Part shown: positions 17,701 through 25,900 of the stretch, piece by piece
Layout: each line of letters begins with the position of its first letter
How positions within the stretch are numbered: position 1 is the stretch's first letter
Assembly: GCA_910587775.1 (NCBI GenBank)
Contig: CAJUNF010000005.1
Span: 1 to 58,596, forward strand
Reading direction: 5' to 3'
DNA from: an uncultured Bacilli bacterium
GTDB taxonomy: Bacteria; Bacillota_I; Bacilli_A; RF39; UBA660
DNA length: 58,596 nt
Program-made: the position numbers and the translations under genes
The notes under the pieces: model-generated
Told to the model about the DNA's origin: nothing
The model's input: only the letters and a program-made list of their open reading frames with translations
Databases searched by the model: none

Positions 17701-20700
17701 GGTATAATCTGTGATAGAAGATGAGAACTCTGGTGAAATTTCTCCTTCTTCTAATAGTAAATATTTTAAATTCGCATTGTCTGATTTTTGCTTTTCGATT
17801 GTCAAAGTATAAGTAAGTGAGGTGGTATTATCTTCTGCTACTGTTGTGATAGTAATATCAGTTGTAGAGTCCGTTAATTCATATTCACCATTTCCCATTA
17901 CTTTTGTAGTTTTCATTTCTGGAGTTGCCATCACGGAAATCTTCTTGGTCGTACTTGGTACTGTTAAAGTATATGTAAATTCTTGATGGTTGGTATTTGG
18001 TACCCAAACTCCTTCTGTGGTAGTTACTAAAATTAAGTAAGCATTATCCGATGGTTTTCGAATCACATTTAATTCATATAATTTAATATCTCCTGTTTCT
18101 GAGATTACTGATAAAGAAATATTATTATTTCCAACTGCTAAAGCATATTTTCCATTCCCATTTATTTTGGATAATGGATTACTTTTTACACCTGTTACTG
18201 TAATAGATGAAATTTCATACGGAACTTCTACGGTATAAGATGTTTTTTCTCGGTCGAATTCAGGATTTAATGTACCTTCTGATAATATAATATCTTCTAA
18301 GTAATTATCGTTATTAGCTGGACGATTTATAACAACGTTATAGACTTTACTACTACCATCTTCTGCAATTGTCATAATTCTTTTTAGATTTGGTCCCACT
18401 TTTAATTTATTATTGTCTAATAATTTATAAGTTGTGGTACTTACTTCAGTAGTTGCTGAGATAGTAATTTCATTTACCCCTTCTTCTACATCTACAGAAT
18501 ACATTAGGGTATCTTTATCAAATTCTGGATCTAAAGAATAAGTTGTATCTCCATTTATTATAGAAATACTCTCTAAGTTGGTATTGTTATTTTTCTCTCT
18601 GGTAATTTCTAAGTAGTAAGTTTCAGTTGTTCCTGTTTCACTTGTTGTAATAATCTGAACATAATTCACACCAACAGATAATGTTTTTGTGCCTGTTCCA
18701 GTAATCTTAGTTGTATTTACCTCTGCAGCAGCTAAAATATCTACCGAATCAATATGATTTGGAACGGTTACTTGATAGGTTCCAGTATTAATATTTTGAA
18801 ATTCTGGCATTAATTCATAGGTAATTGCATCTTTTTTTACTTGTAAGTTACTTAAATAAACGTTTTCATTTTTTTCACGATATACTTTTAAGGTATAAAT
18901 TCCTGTTTCTCCATTTGGAGAAGTAATTGTGATACTAACTTCATTTAGACCAACTTCAAAATTTTCATTACCTGAAACGAAATAGGTTGCGTCTTCATCT
19001 TCTGTTTCAATATTCATTTGTTTAATTTTTGTATATTCATTTGGCACAGAGAAATAGTATTCGGTAATACTTGGATTAAAGTTTATTTCTCTTTCAGGAT
19101 CAATAATCTCTAATTTTTTTAAATCAGTATTTCCAGCCATACTTCTTGTCACTTTATAATGATATTCTGTTGTTTCGCTTTTATCTTCGCTAGTTACAGT
19201 GATAACAATGTCATTTTCACCTGCGTTTAGAGTTACTTTTCCATTTCCTGTTACGGTTTGATAAGGATGTCCTTTGGTTACTGTAAACCATACTTGTTTG
19301 ATATTTGAGGGAACAGTCACTTCATAAACGAAATGATCTGGATCAAAGTTTAGAGGATTTAAGACGCAGAAGTTCGAATTTTTAGAACATAGGGAATCTA
19401 CTAAGCCATTTAGTTCAATATTCATTGGTTTAGCATTGTTACTAGCAGGTCTTGTAACATGGATGGTAATTGTTCTTACTACTCCAGATTCTGCCATTAC
19501 TTTGATTGGAAAATCGGTAGTACCAGCAGGAACATCAAAGGTTCCAAGTCCATCGATTTTCGCAAAGTTATCTTCTGCTTTGGCAAGGAAGGTAATGCTG
19601 GTTTCTAGTTCATCTAACGTTACTGAGTATTCTAACCCTTCTAAATCAAAGGTTGGAGTGTAGTTTTTAATATTGGTTTCATTGGTAATTTCATTGGTTG
19701 CTGTAATATTTAGAGATGATAAAAAGTTGTTTTCACTTGGGAAACGAAGTGTTGAAATTCTAGCATGACCAGAACCTTTTTTAGCATAGTTACGAGTTGG
19801 ACTACTGCTTACATTATTAGTTGAAACGGTTTTGGTTTTTGTATCATTTGATACAGCACACCCATAACAATAAGTTGATTTTGTCACTGTATCATATGAT
19901 ATTAGTTTGTCAGAACCGATGTAGGAAGAACCTCCTCCACCTGCTCCATGACCACGGTTTCCGCCACCGCCACCAAAGTAGCCAGCACCTCCACCAGGTC
20001 CTCCATAAGTCATGTTACAGAAATTTCCTCCCTGACCAAAGTATCCGCGTCCACAATTATTATTGTTTCCTGTCTTACAATATCCACCTACGGTAAGACT
20101 TGCACCTGTTCCGTTGTAACCGTTATATCCAAGCGTATAGGTGTCATATCCGCTATTTCCAAGGTATCCTCCACCATGGCCATTTAAGTTTGAGGTAGAA
20201 GAACCACCTCCTCCTCCACCAGAGGCAACAATCACAATGGCATCTTTATCACTTGATAGATTAGAGAGTAAACTTGGAATGGTAGAAATATGAGTAGCTC
20301 CTCCGCCACCATATCCCCATTGACTAGAGTGCCCTGGAGTTCCTCCTCCATTGTAACCACCTTTTATAGTGTCTCCAGTACCTCCTACAGTGATATATAA
20401 TTTTGTTCCTTCTTTTAAATAAACAACACCAGTTGAATATGCACCATATCCACCGTTTCCTCCACCTTGTGAACCCCAAGTTTCTAAACGGTAATATCCG
20501 TTTGCAGGGGCTGTGAATGTTTCAATATTTCCAGTATAAGGATAATCATAGTTTAATACTAAATCAGAACTTTGTTTTTCTAAGATTATTTCATAAACTG
20601 TTGTTTTAGAATTTGGTTCTGTCACCGTAATTTTTCCAGTTGAAGTTGCTTTGATATAACCAAATCCTTCTAATTTAATAGATGCTTCTTCATCAAACGC

Positions 20701-22272
20701 AGTGGCATTTACGTTAACACTCATGGTATTCGCCATTATTTTTGCTGTATAAGTTAAAGTCTCTGGATTAAAAACAGGGTCTAGTTCAAAGTTATTGATG
20801 GATAAGGATTTTAGTTTTGAACTATGTTCTCTATTTACAATAATTTCATAAATGGTTGTAGAACTTCCATCTTCTGCAACTACAGTAATATCAAATTTAT
20901 TTTTGCCAGTATGTAAGTTGAAATTGCTTGGAAGATAAACTTCTTGGCTAAATCTTCCTTTTACTATTTCTAAATCTAAAACTTCTTTGTCATAAGGAAC
21001 ATTGATTTCGTATTTCGTTTTTTGTGGGGTGAAGTTTTCTAACCCTACTTGATCGATTAAGATGTCATCTAAATATGGATAACTTGATGGAGATCTTGTG
21101 GTATGAATCGTGTAGGTAAAAACAGTACCTGCTTCACTTGTTGAAGTAATATAAATATCATTGGTCCCTTTTAAAATACCAATGGTACCCGCCCCACTCA
21201 CTGTACTTTCTTGAAACATTGGAGATGCTATAACATCAACAAATGAAGTTTCTGAATCAAAGGAGATACTATAGTTATAAATATCTGGATCAAAGTTTGG
21301 AACTAAAGCGCTTTTAGAAAAATTTAAACTTTCTAATCGACCATCGTCATTCGCTACTAAAGAAATTCTAGCATGACCATGACCTTTTTTTGGGGTGTTT
21401 TCAAGTGGTTTTTCACTGGCACTTGAAACAGAGATTGTTTTTGTGTTTGCTACATTTGAAGTAGTACAGTCGACACAGTACATGGCTTTTGTAAATTCTT
21501 TATAAGAAATCAAACTAGAAGAACCAATATAGGAAGAACCTCCTCCAGCACCACCGTGACTTCGGTTGGAACCACCACCACCAAACCAGCCACCGCCACC
21601 GCCGTGACCGCCAATTTTATCATTATAATAGCAGTAATCTCCACCTCGACCGAATGATCCTACTCCACAACCAGACGCTCCTTTAATGGAATGTCCTCCA
21701 GCTGTTTGGGTTGCTCCAGAACCAGAATATCCATTGTATCCTTGGGTTTGAGGGTATGTGTCGTATCCATTTTTTCCTTGAATTCCACCACCTTGACTAC
21801 CATAAGGCTGAGCAGTATTTCCACCACCTGCCGCAACAATTAAAACAGAAGCTTTGTTAGATACTAAGCTTGATAATACACCTGGTATTTTAGCAATATG
21901 GGTAGCTCCGCCGCCACCATAACCAGCTTGTCCTCCGGCATTTCCACCAGTTCCACCACCGTTATATCCTCCTGCATAACGATTTCTTGGATTTTCTCCT
22001 ACATTGATATATATGGTTTGATCTTTATCTAAATAAATTACACCAGTTGCATAAGCTCCAAATCCGCCACTACTTCCTCCTTGTGCTCCCCAGGTATCTA
22101 TTTTGTAATATCCTGACACTGGAGCGGTGAAAGTTTGTTCTCCACCCGTGTATGCAAAGTTTTTTACTTTTTCAATTTCAACACTCGCACTTGGAGTTAT
22201 CATAAAAACGCAAAAAAGAATTAATGCTGTAATTAATTCAAAACAAAATAAACTGTTATTCTTTTTCTTCAT
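14155..22272 (-). CDS. Giant secreted protein (2,705 aa): signal peptide, 2 Cys-containing glycine-rich domains, about 21 cadherin-like repeats, Big_2, X-like module, C-terminal dockerin
   Basis: ORF track 14155-22368. The first 32 codons would run through the promoter and the upstream terminator. The ATG at 22272 gives a proper signal peptide, MKKKNNSLFCFELITALILFCVFMITPSASVEI. GRDs lie at 21355-22170 and 19744-20562. Big_2 motif VKWMSEDETIASVDNNGKITGVGYGTTIIHV. Tail GDLTGDGYITGPDRVRLQRYM...ADVTNDKEVTGPDRVKLQRYM. Confidence 0.9.
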   Translation of the reverse strand: MKKKNNSLFCFELITALILFCVFMITPSASVEIEKVKNFAYTGGEQTFTAPVSGYYKIDTWGAQGGSSGGFGAYATGVIYLDKDQTIYINVGENPRNRYAGGYNGGGTGGNAGGQAGYGGGGATHIAKIPGVLSSLVSNKASVLIVAAGGGNTAQPYGSQGGGIQGKNGYDTYPQTQGYNGYSGSGATQTAGGHSIKGASGCGVGSFGRGGDYCYYNDKIGGHGGGGGWFGGGGSNRSHGGAGGGSSYIGSSSLISYKEFTKAMYCVDCTTSNVANTKTISVSSASEKPLENTPKKGHGHARISLVANDDGRLESLNFSKSALVPNFDPDIYNYSISFDSETSFVDVIASPMFQESTVSGAGTIGILKGTNDIYITSTSEAGTVFTYTIHTTRSPSSYPYLDDILIDQVGLENFTPQKTKYEINVPYDKEVLDLEIVKGRFSQEVYLPSNFNLHTGKNKFDITVVAEDGSSTTIYEIIVNREHSSKLKSLSINNFELDPVFNPETLTYTAKIMANTMSVNVNATAFDEEASIKLEGFGYIKATSTGKITVTEPNSKTTVYEIILEKQSSDLVLNYDYPYTGNIETFTAPANGYYRLETWGSQGGGNGGYGAYSTGVVYLKEGTKLYITVGGTGDTIKGGYNGGGTPGHSSQWGYGGGGATHISTIPSLLSNLSSDKDAIVIVASGGGGGGSSTSNLNGHGGGYLGNSGYDTYTLGYNGYNGTGASLTVGGYCKTGNNNNCGRGYFGQGGNFCNMTYGGPGGGAGYFGGGGGNRGHGAGGGGSSYIGSDKLISYDTVTKSTYCYGCAVSNDTKTKTVSTNNVSSSPTRNYAKKGSGHARISTLRFPSENNFLSSLNITATNEITNETNIKNYTPTFDLEGLEYSVTLDELETSITFLAKAEDNFAKIDGLGTFDVPAGTTDFPIKVMAESGVVRTITIHVTRPASNNAKPMNIELNGLVDSLCSKNSNFCVLNPLNFDPDHFVYEVTVPSNIKQVWFTVTKGHPYQTVTGNGKVTLNAGENDIVITVTSEDKSETTEYHYKVTRSMAGNTDLKKLEIIDPEREINFNPSITEYYFSVPNEYTKIKQMNIETEDEDATYFVSGNENFEVGLNEVSITITSPNGETGIYTLKVYREKNENVYLSNLQVKKDAITYELMPEFQNINTGTYQVTVPNHIDSVDILAAAEVNTTKITGTGTKTLSVGVNYVQIITTSETGTTETYYLEITREKNNNTNLESISIINGDTTYSLDPEFDKDTLMYSVDVEEGVNEITISATTEVSTTTYKLLDNNKLKVGPNLKRIMTIAEDGSSKVYNVVINRPANNDNYLEDIILSEGTLNPEFDREKTSYTVEVPYEISSITVTGVKSNPLSKINGNGKYALAVGNNNISLSVISETGDIKLYELNVIRKPSDNAYLILVTTTEGVWVPNTNHQEFTYTLTVPSTTKKISVMATPEMKTTKVMGNGEYELTDSTTDITITTVAEDNTTSLTYTLTIEKQKSDNANLKYLLLEEGEISPEFSSSITDYTVSVPYEVLKGSFHIETEDENATFEIINNDSFEVGENTVTIRVTSESQKTKDYTVIVTRQESVSGSDYLASLIIDHGSLDPEFKKELQYYEVSVPYQTTTIHVTATSEDTEAVVSGNGDYHLEVGKNTILIRVLSTEGKIRDYQIVVTRAPSDDARLKNLSLKDDMLSPNFDTDTYSYTTTTTKKELDFESILPMEKDANYQIIGNQFTENKDYEVIIEVTAPDGISKKDYTIHVTKNPNKNNNLASLEVLGYTLSPEFNKGVTLYTLTVPNDVNSVMIEATAESDTAVITGTGTKTINVGLNQLIVEVTSEMGTKKAYTILLTKEENNINNLSDLIVHNGTMTPEFNTHVSTYDVVVENEEEELDVTVMLESDSSTYEIKENHLEVGNNTVFIIVTAEDGTTNTITLNVTRKSISSALLEDLKIKNYPFEFNPYINHYDLLVNYETDTLDLTIIPKDANATYKVTGNESLVVGDNTITIEVTASDNQTKEIYTLNVTKQKYATTFLDYLYTSEGDVTPSFDKKTLEYSLDVTNNIRNIEIFGESSDTSATVTGLGEYELNVGENKIVITVTSTTGVIRKYYVTVNRAPSDILSLNNLVVRSGMTTYELDPTFNPDTLEYNVNVPIGTTNVTIDAEITEPTTVTGDGEKDLHAGLNDFVLTVTSEAGETKNITIHITRESSDNNHLISLIPSIGELEPSFSYEETSYTINLDSSASVLSFDVITEQEFAKVTGVDAKIVPDGTSTREIVIEAENGDTRTITITINKNREDNAKLSFLEVTDYPFIEDFDADTFEYHLTVPNSKKVLLPSEIIATPQDESATIKLSESLKLSTTNTNEFIITVTAKDGFTKQTYKILVTREKGSNALLDNLEVKQGKLENSFASENFTYNWMIPNTMTVTASDILPTPQDINATVEISGGENKFIIKVTSEDGATSKEYTLNITIDNNFDLESIIPDETRILLDVGELKQITYTLNPINTSFTEVKWMSEDETIASVDNNGKITGVGYGTTIIHVVSNYDENIKASIEVKVIRKKITSSVYQIERKEKEDGSKLEYTYGSEPGILLKDYLNHFENEATTLYVYDKEGNEVDKETMIASTFMKIKLIVEGVCYDELIIVVKGDLTGDGYITGPDRVRLQRYMQMKVELEEIEMIAADVTNDKEVTGPDRVKLQRYMQMKIDTVN
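19744..20562 (-). other. Glycine-rich domain (GRD) copy 2 of the 2,705-aa protein
   Basis: LVLNYDYPYTGNIETFTAPANGYYRLETWGSQGGGNGGYGAYSTGVVYL..LYITVGG...GGYNGGG...GGGGATHIS...IVIVASGGGGGG...GHGGGYLG...GGPGGGAGYFGGGGGNRGHGAGGGGSSYIGS...CYGC...KKGSGHARIS. Confidence 0.7.
21355..22170 (-). other. Glycine-rich domain (GRD) copy 1 of the 2,705-aa protein
   Basis: KNFAYTGGEQTFTAPVSGYYKIDTWGAQGGSSGGFGAYATGVIYL..IYINVG...GGYNGGGTGG...GGGGATHIA...LIVAAGGG...GGGIQG...GGHGGGGGWFGGGGSNRSHGGAGGGSSYIGS...CVDC...KKGHGHARIS. Confidence 0.7.
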
Positions 22273-22301
22273 AACAATCACTACTATCTCTACTATATAG
22301 A

Positions 22302-22331
22302 AGTATATCACCTTTTGTCGTATTTTGTCAT
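22302..22331 (-). promoter_or_regulatory. Sigma-A promoter candidate for the 2,705-aa gene (paralogue of the promoter at 31715-31744)
   Basis: The minus strand reads ATGACA (22326-22331), an 18-nt spacer ending in TGa, then TATACT (22302-22307). The same ATGACAAAA..CGACAAAA.GTG.TATACT string occurs upstream of the next giant gene. Confidence 0.6.
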
Positions 22332-22350
22332 TCAAAATATCATCAAAAAT

Positions 22351-22381
22351 AAAAGAAAAAAAAAGCAAGTGACTAACTTGC
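22351..22381 (-). terminator. Rho-independent terminator after the 3,094-aa gene
   Basis: Minus strand GCAAGT-tagtc-ACTTGC (22365-22381) abuts the TAA stop at 22382-22384 and is followed by TTTTTTTTTCTTTT. Confidence 0.7.
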
Positions 22382-22573
22382 TTAATTTACTGTGTCTATT
22401 TTCATTTGCATGTATCTTTGTAGTTTTACTCGGTCTGGTCCTGTTACTTCTTTATCATTTGTTACATCTGCTGCTATCATTTCTATTTCTTCTAATTCTA
22501 CTTTCATTTGCATGTATCTTTGTAGTCTTACTCGGTCTGGTCCTGTTATGTAGCCATCTCCTGTTAAGTCTCC
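22382..22573 (-). other. Dockerin module (sequence class C, identical to 14155-14346)
   Basis: Same GDLTGDGYITGPDRVRLQRYM / ADVTNDKEVTGPDRVKLQRYM tail. Confidence 0.6.
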
Positions 22574-22927
22574 TTTTACTACTATGATTAGTTCATCATA
22601 ACAAACACCTTCTACGATGAGTTTTATTTTCATGAATGTTGATGCTATCATAGTTTCTTTATCTACTTCGTTTCCTTCTTTATCGTAGACATATAATGTA
22701 GTAGCTTCATTTTCAAAATGATTTAGATAGTCTTTTAGTAAAATACCTGGTTCAGACCCATAAGTATATTCTAGTTTACTTCCATCTTCTTTTTCTTTTC
22801 GCTCTATTTGATAGACACTACTTGTTATTTTCTTTCTAATTACTTTTACTTCTATACTTGCTTTGATATTTTCATCATAATTACTTACTACATGAATGGT
22901 AGTTGTTCCATAACCAACACCTGTAAT
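22382..22927 (-). repeat. 546-bp near-identical copy B of the direct repeat (partner at 14155-14700)
   Basis: See copy A. Offset is 8227 bp, with 2 mismatches found by eye. Confidence 0.9.
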
Positions 22928-25900
22928 ATTACCAAATTCATCAACACTTGCAATTGTTTCATCATCACTCATCCATTTTACTTCTGTAAAACTTGTTATT
23001 TCTGGAGTAAAAGTATATGTGATTTGTTTGGTTTCAGCAATATCTAGTAAGATACTTGTTTCACTTGGTGTTATACTTTCTAAATCAAATTTTGCTCGTT
23101 TTATGATAATTTTATATTCTTGGGTTGTATAACCATCTCTTGCAATTACTTCAATAATATATTCGGTACTTGCACCTGCATAAAGATTTAAATCCCCCAT
23201 CAAATTTACTGTCGCATTTGGATCCATTGGAATGGCTGTTATTTCATTTTGATAAAGGATATCTTTGCTATGTGGTACTTCAATAGTATAAGTAAACGTA
23301 TCGGAATCAAAGGTAATTGGATAATCAATAATTGCTAGTTCTTTTAGTCTTACTTCACTTGCAGTTTCTTTATTAATATTGATTTTATAAACTCTTACAC
23401 TTCCATCTTCTGCAGTCACAGTTATTTCTCTAACACTTAAGCCTTCTGGAACAATTTTATTTTCTAATCCTTTTACAGAGGCTAAATTACTTTCTAATGT
23501 AGCATTAAAACTTAATTCAGATATTTCATAAGATAGATCTAAATTATATTCTAATAATTCTTTATTAAATTCTGGAGATAATACCCCAGTACTTGGAATT
23601 AAACTAGAAAGATAATTGTTACTTGATACTTCTTTTGTGACATTTAAAATGTATGTATTTATAGTACCATCTTCTGCTTTTACTTCGATTTCAAAGCGAT
23701 TTAATCCTGTAACTAGTTCTTTCGTTCCAGTGTTAGTTACTGTGGCAAATTCACTTTCTGCTTCTGCTTTGATTTGAATAAAGTTTAAATCACTTGGAAC
23801 TGTTAGTGAGTATTCATTTGTTTCTTTTTGAAATTCTGGATTAAGTGGTAAGTCTTCTTTGATGTGCATTACTTTTAAGTTTTTTAAATAGTTATTATTT
23901 GCTGGAGTTCTTATAACATTTACTTTATAAGTTCTAGTAATACCTATTGCTGATTTTACTTTAATAACTATTAAATTCGAACCAATATTTAATTCATGTT
24001 CTCCTAGACCACTTATAATTTTAGAGCCTACATCTTGGGTGGTAGCATTTATTGTGATGTTTTGTGTTTCTCTTGGTACTTCAATCGTATAATCCATTAC
24101 AGTTGGATCAAAGATAGGATCAAGATTTCCAATAGATGGAATTAAACTACTTAAATAATTATTCGTTGACATTTCCTTGTTTACATAAATTATGTATTCT
24201 AAAGTAGTTGTGGAATCACTTGCTGTTACTTTAATATGAATTTCATTCATTCCAATTTCTAATGAATCCTGGCCAGTTATTTCAACATTAGCATTTTTAT
24301 CTTCTGCAATAGCAGTTATGTTTAATTGTTCTGTATCATTTGGAACTGTAATAAAATATTCTAATATTTCTTTATTAAATTCAGTATCTAGTGCAAAATT
24401 TGTAACATTTAATTCTTTTAAGAATGCACTTATTATACTTTCACGAATTATTGTTATGTTGTAGCTTCTTACTAAACCTGATTCGCTTGTTACAAGGATG
24501 GTAATATTATTTTCTCCTTCGTTTAAATTATAATTTCCAAACCCTGTAATGGTTGCATTTACATCTTCTGCTTTTCCATTTAAAGAAATCGATTCAATTT
24601 TATGTGAAACATTTATGGTATAATCTGTAGTTTCTTTTTGAAATATTGGATTTAGTGTACCTTCATTTGTATTTAAGCTTGCTAAATAATTGTTATCACT
24701 TGCTTCTTTGGTAATTAAAACGGTATACACTTTTTTATCTTCTGTTTCACTTGTTACTACTATTTCAAAATAATTTTCTCCAGTTTCTATCTTTTTTAAA
24801 CCAGTCCCCGTAATAGTTGCATTAGTATCTTCTGGGTTTGCACTAATTACGACACTATTTACATCATTATTTACTTCGGTAGCATAGAAAGTTACACCTT
24901 TATGGAAGTCAGGTGTTAGATTATATCCAACTACTTCTAAAGATGCTAGATTATTATTTTTACTTCCTGTTTTTTCTACAATAATCTTATACTCTTTGGT
25001 CGTTTCTCCATCTGGTGCTGTCACTTTTATGGTAACTATATTTTCTCCTGTTTGAAAATTTTGATTACCAATGATTTCATAAGTAGCATCTGTTTCAGTT
25101 GGGTTTATCATGGTAAATTCTAAATTCGTTTTACTTGTTGTTAGATGATATTCCGTTACGTCTTTAGAAAAACTTGGGGATAATACATGATTTTTAACAA
25201 CTAAATTTGTTAAAGATGCATCACTACTTTTCTTTCTTGTAATTATTATTTGATAATCCTTTTGAATTTGAGAGTTTCCAACTACAAAGATTGGAATCGA
25301 GTTTTTTCCTACTTTTAATGGGTAGGTTCCTAGTCCTTTTATGGTAGCTGACTCATCAAAAGCACTCGCAGTAATGGTAATATCTTCAATATCATGTTCT
25401 ACCGTCAGTTCATAATTTAGAATAGTTGGATTAAAGGTAGGTGTTAGTTCTCCTCTATTGGTATCAAGAGAACTAAGAGTTAAATCTTCATTTGTACTCT
25501 CTTGTTTTATGATATGAGTCGTATAAATTTTAACATTACCATTTTGAGCAGTAACCACGATATCAATATCTTTTGTGTCGTTTGGATTTAAACTACTTAC
25601 GTCAATGGTAAATTTGTAAGTATCAATATTATTACTATCAGTAACATCTACAAAAGCATAAGGACTTTCTGGAATTGCTGTCATATGTAATATATTGGTA
25701 TTAAACGGAACTTTTACTTCATAATAGATGGTTGTTTCATTGAAAATCGGAGATAGTCCCCCTTCTTCAATATATAAGAAATCTAAGTCATCGTTATCTG
25801 ATTTATCTCTTACTACTTTAATTACATAGTCTTTAGCCGAACCATCTTCCGCTGTAACTCGTAATGTTATTTTATTTTCTTCTCCTGGAATTAAGTTATA

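Noticed and set aside
22273-22368. N-terminal extensions in the ORF track: 22368 for the 2,705-aa gene, and also 3310, 6667, 14088, 31681, 33086, 37910, 38430, 44322, 49827, 50635 and 55210
   Set aside because: The upstream starts are GTG/TTG/ATG codons lying inside the Shine-Dalgarno sequence itself or upstream of promoter and terminator elements. The next in-frame ATG (GTG for the rhomboid gene) has correct SD spacing and yields canonical signal peptides or family-typical N-termini.
22315-22587. Plus-strand 90-aa Leu-rich ORF spanning the intergenic terminator and the dockerin coding region
   Set aside because: It is antisense to the dockerin repeats (hence its internally repeated sequence), crosses a terminator hairpin, and has no SD.
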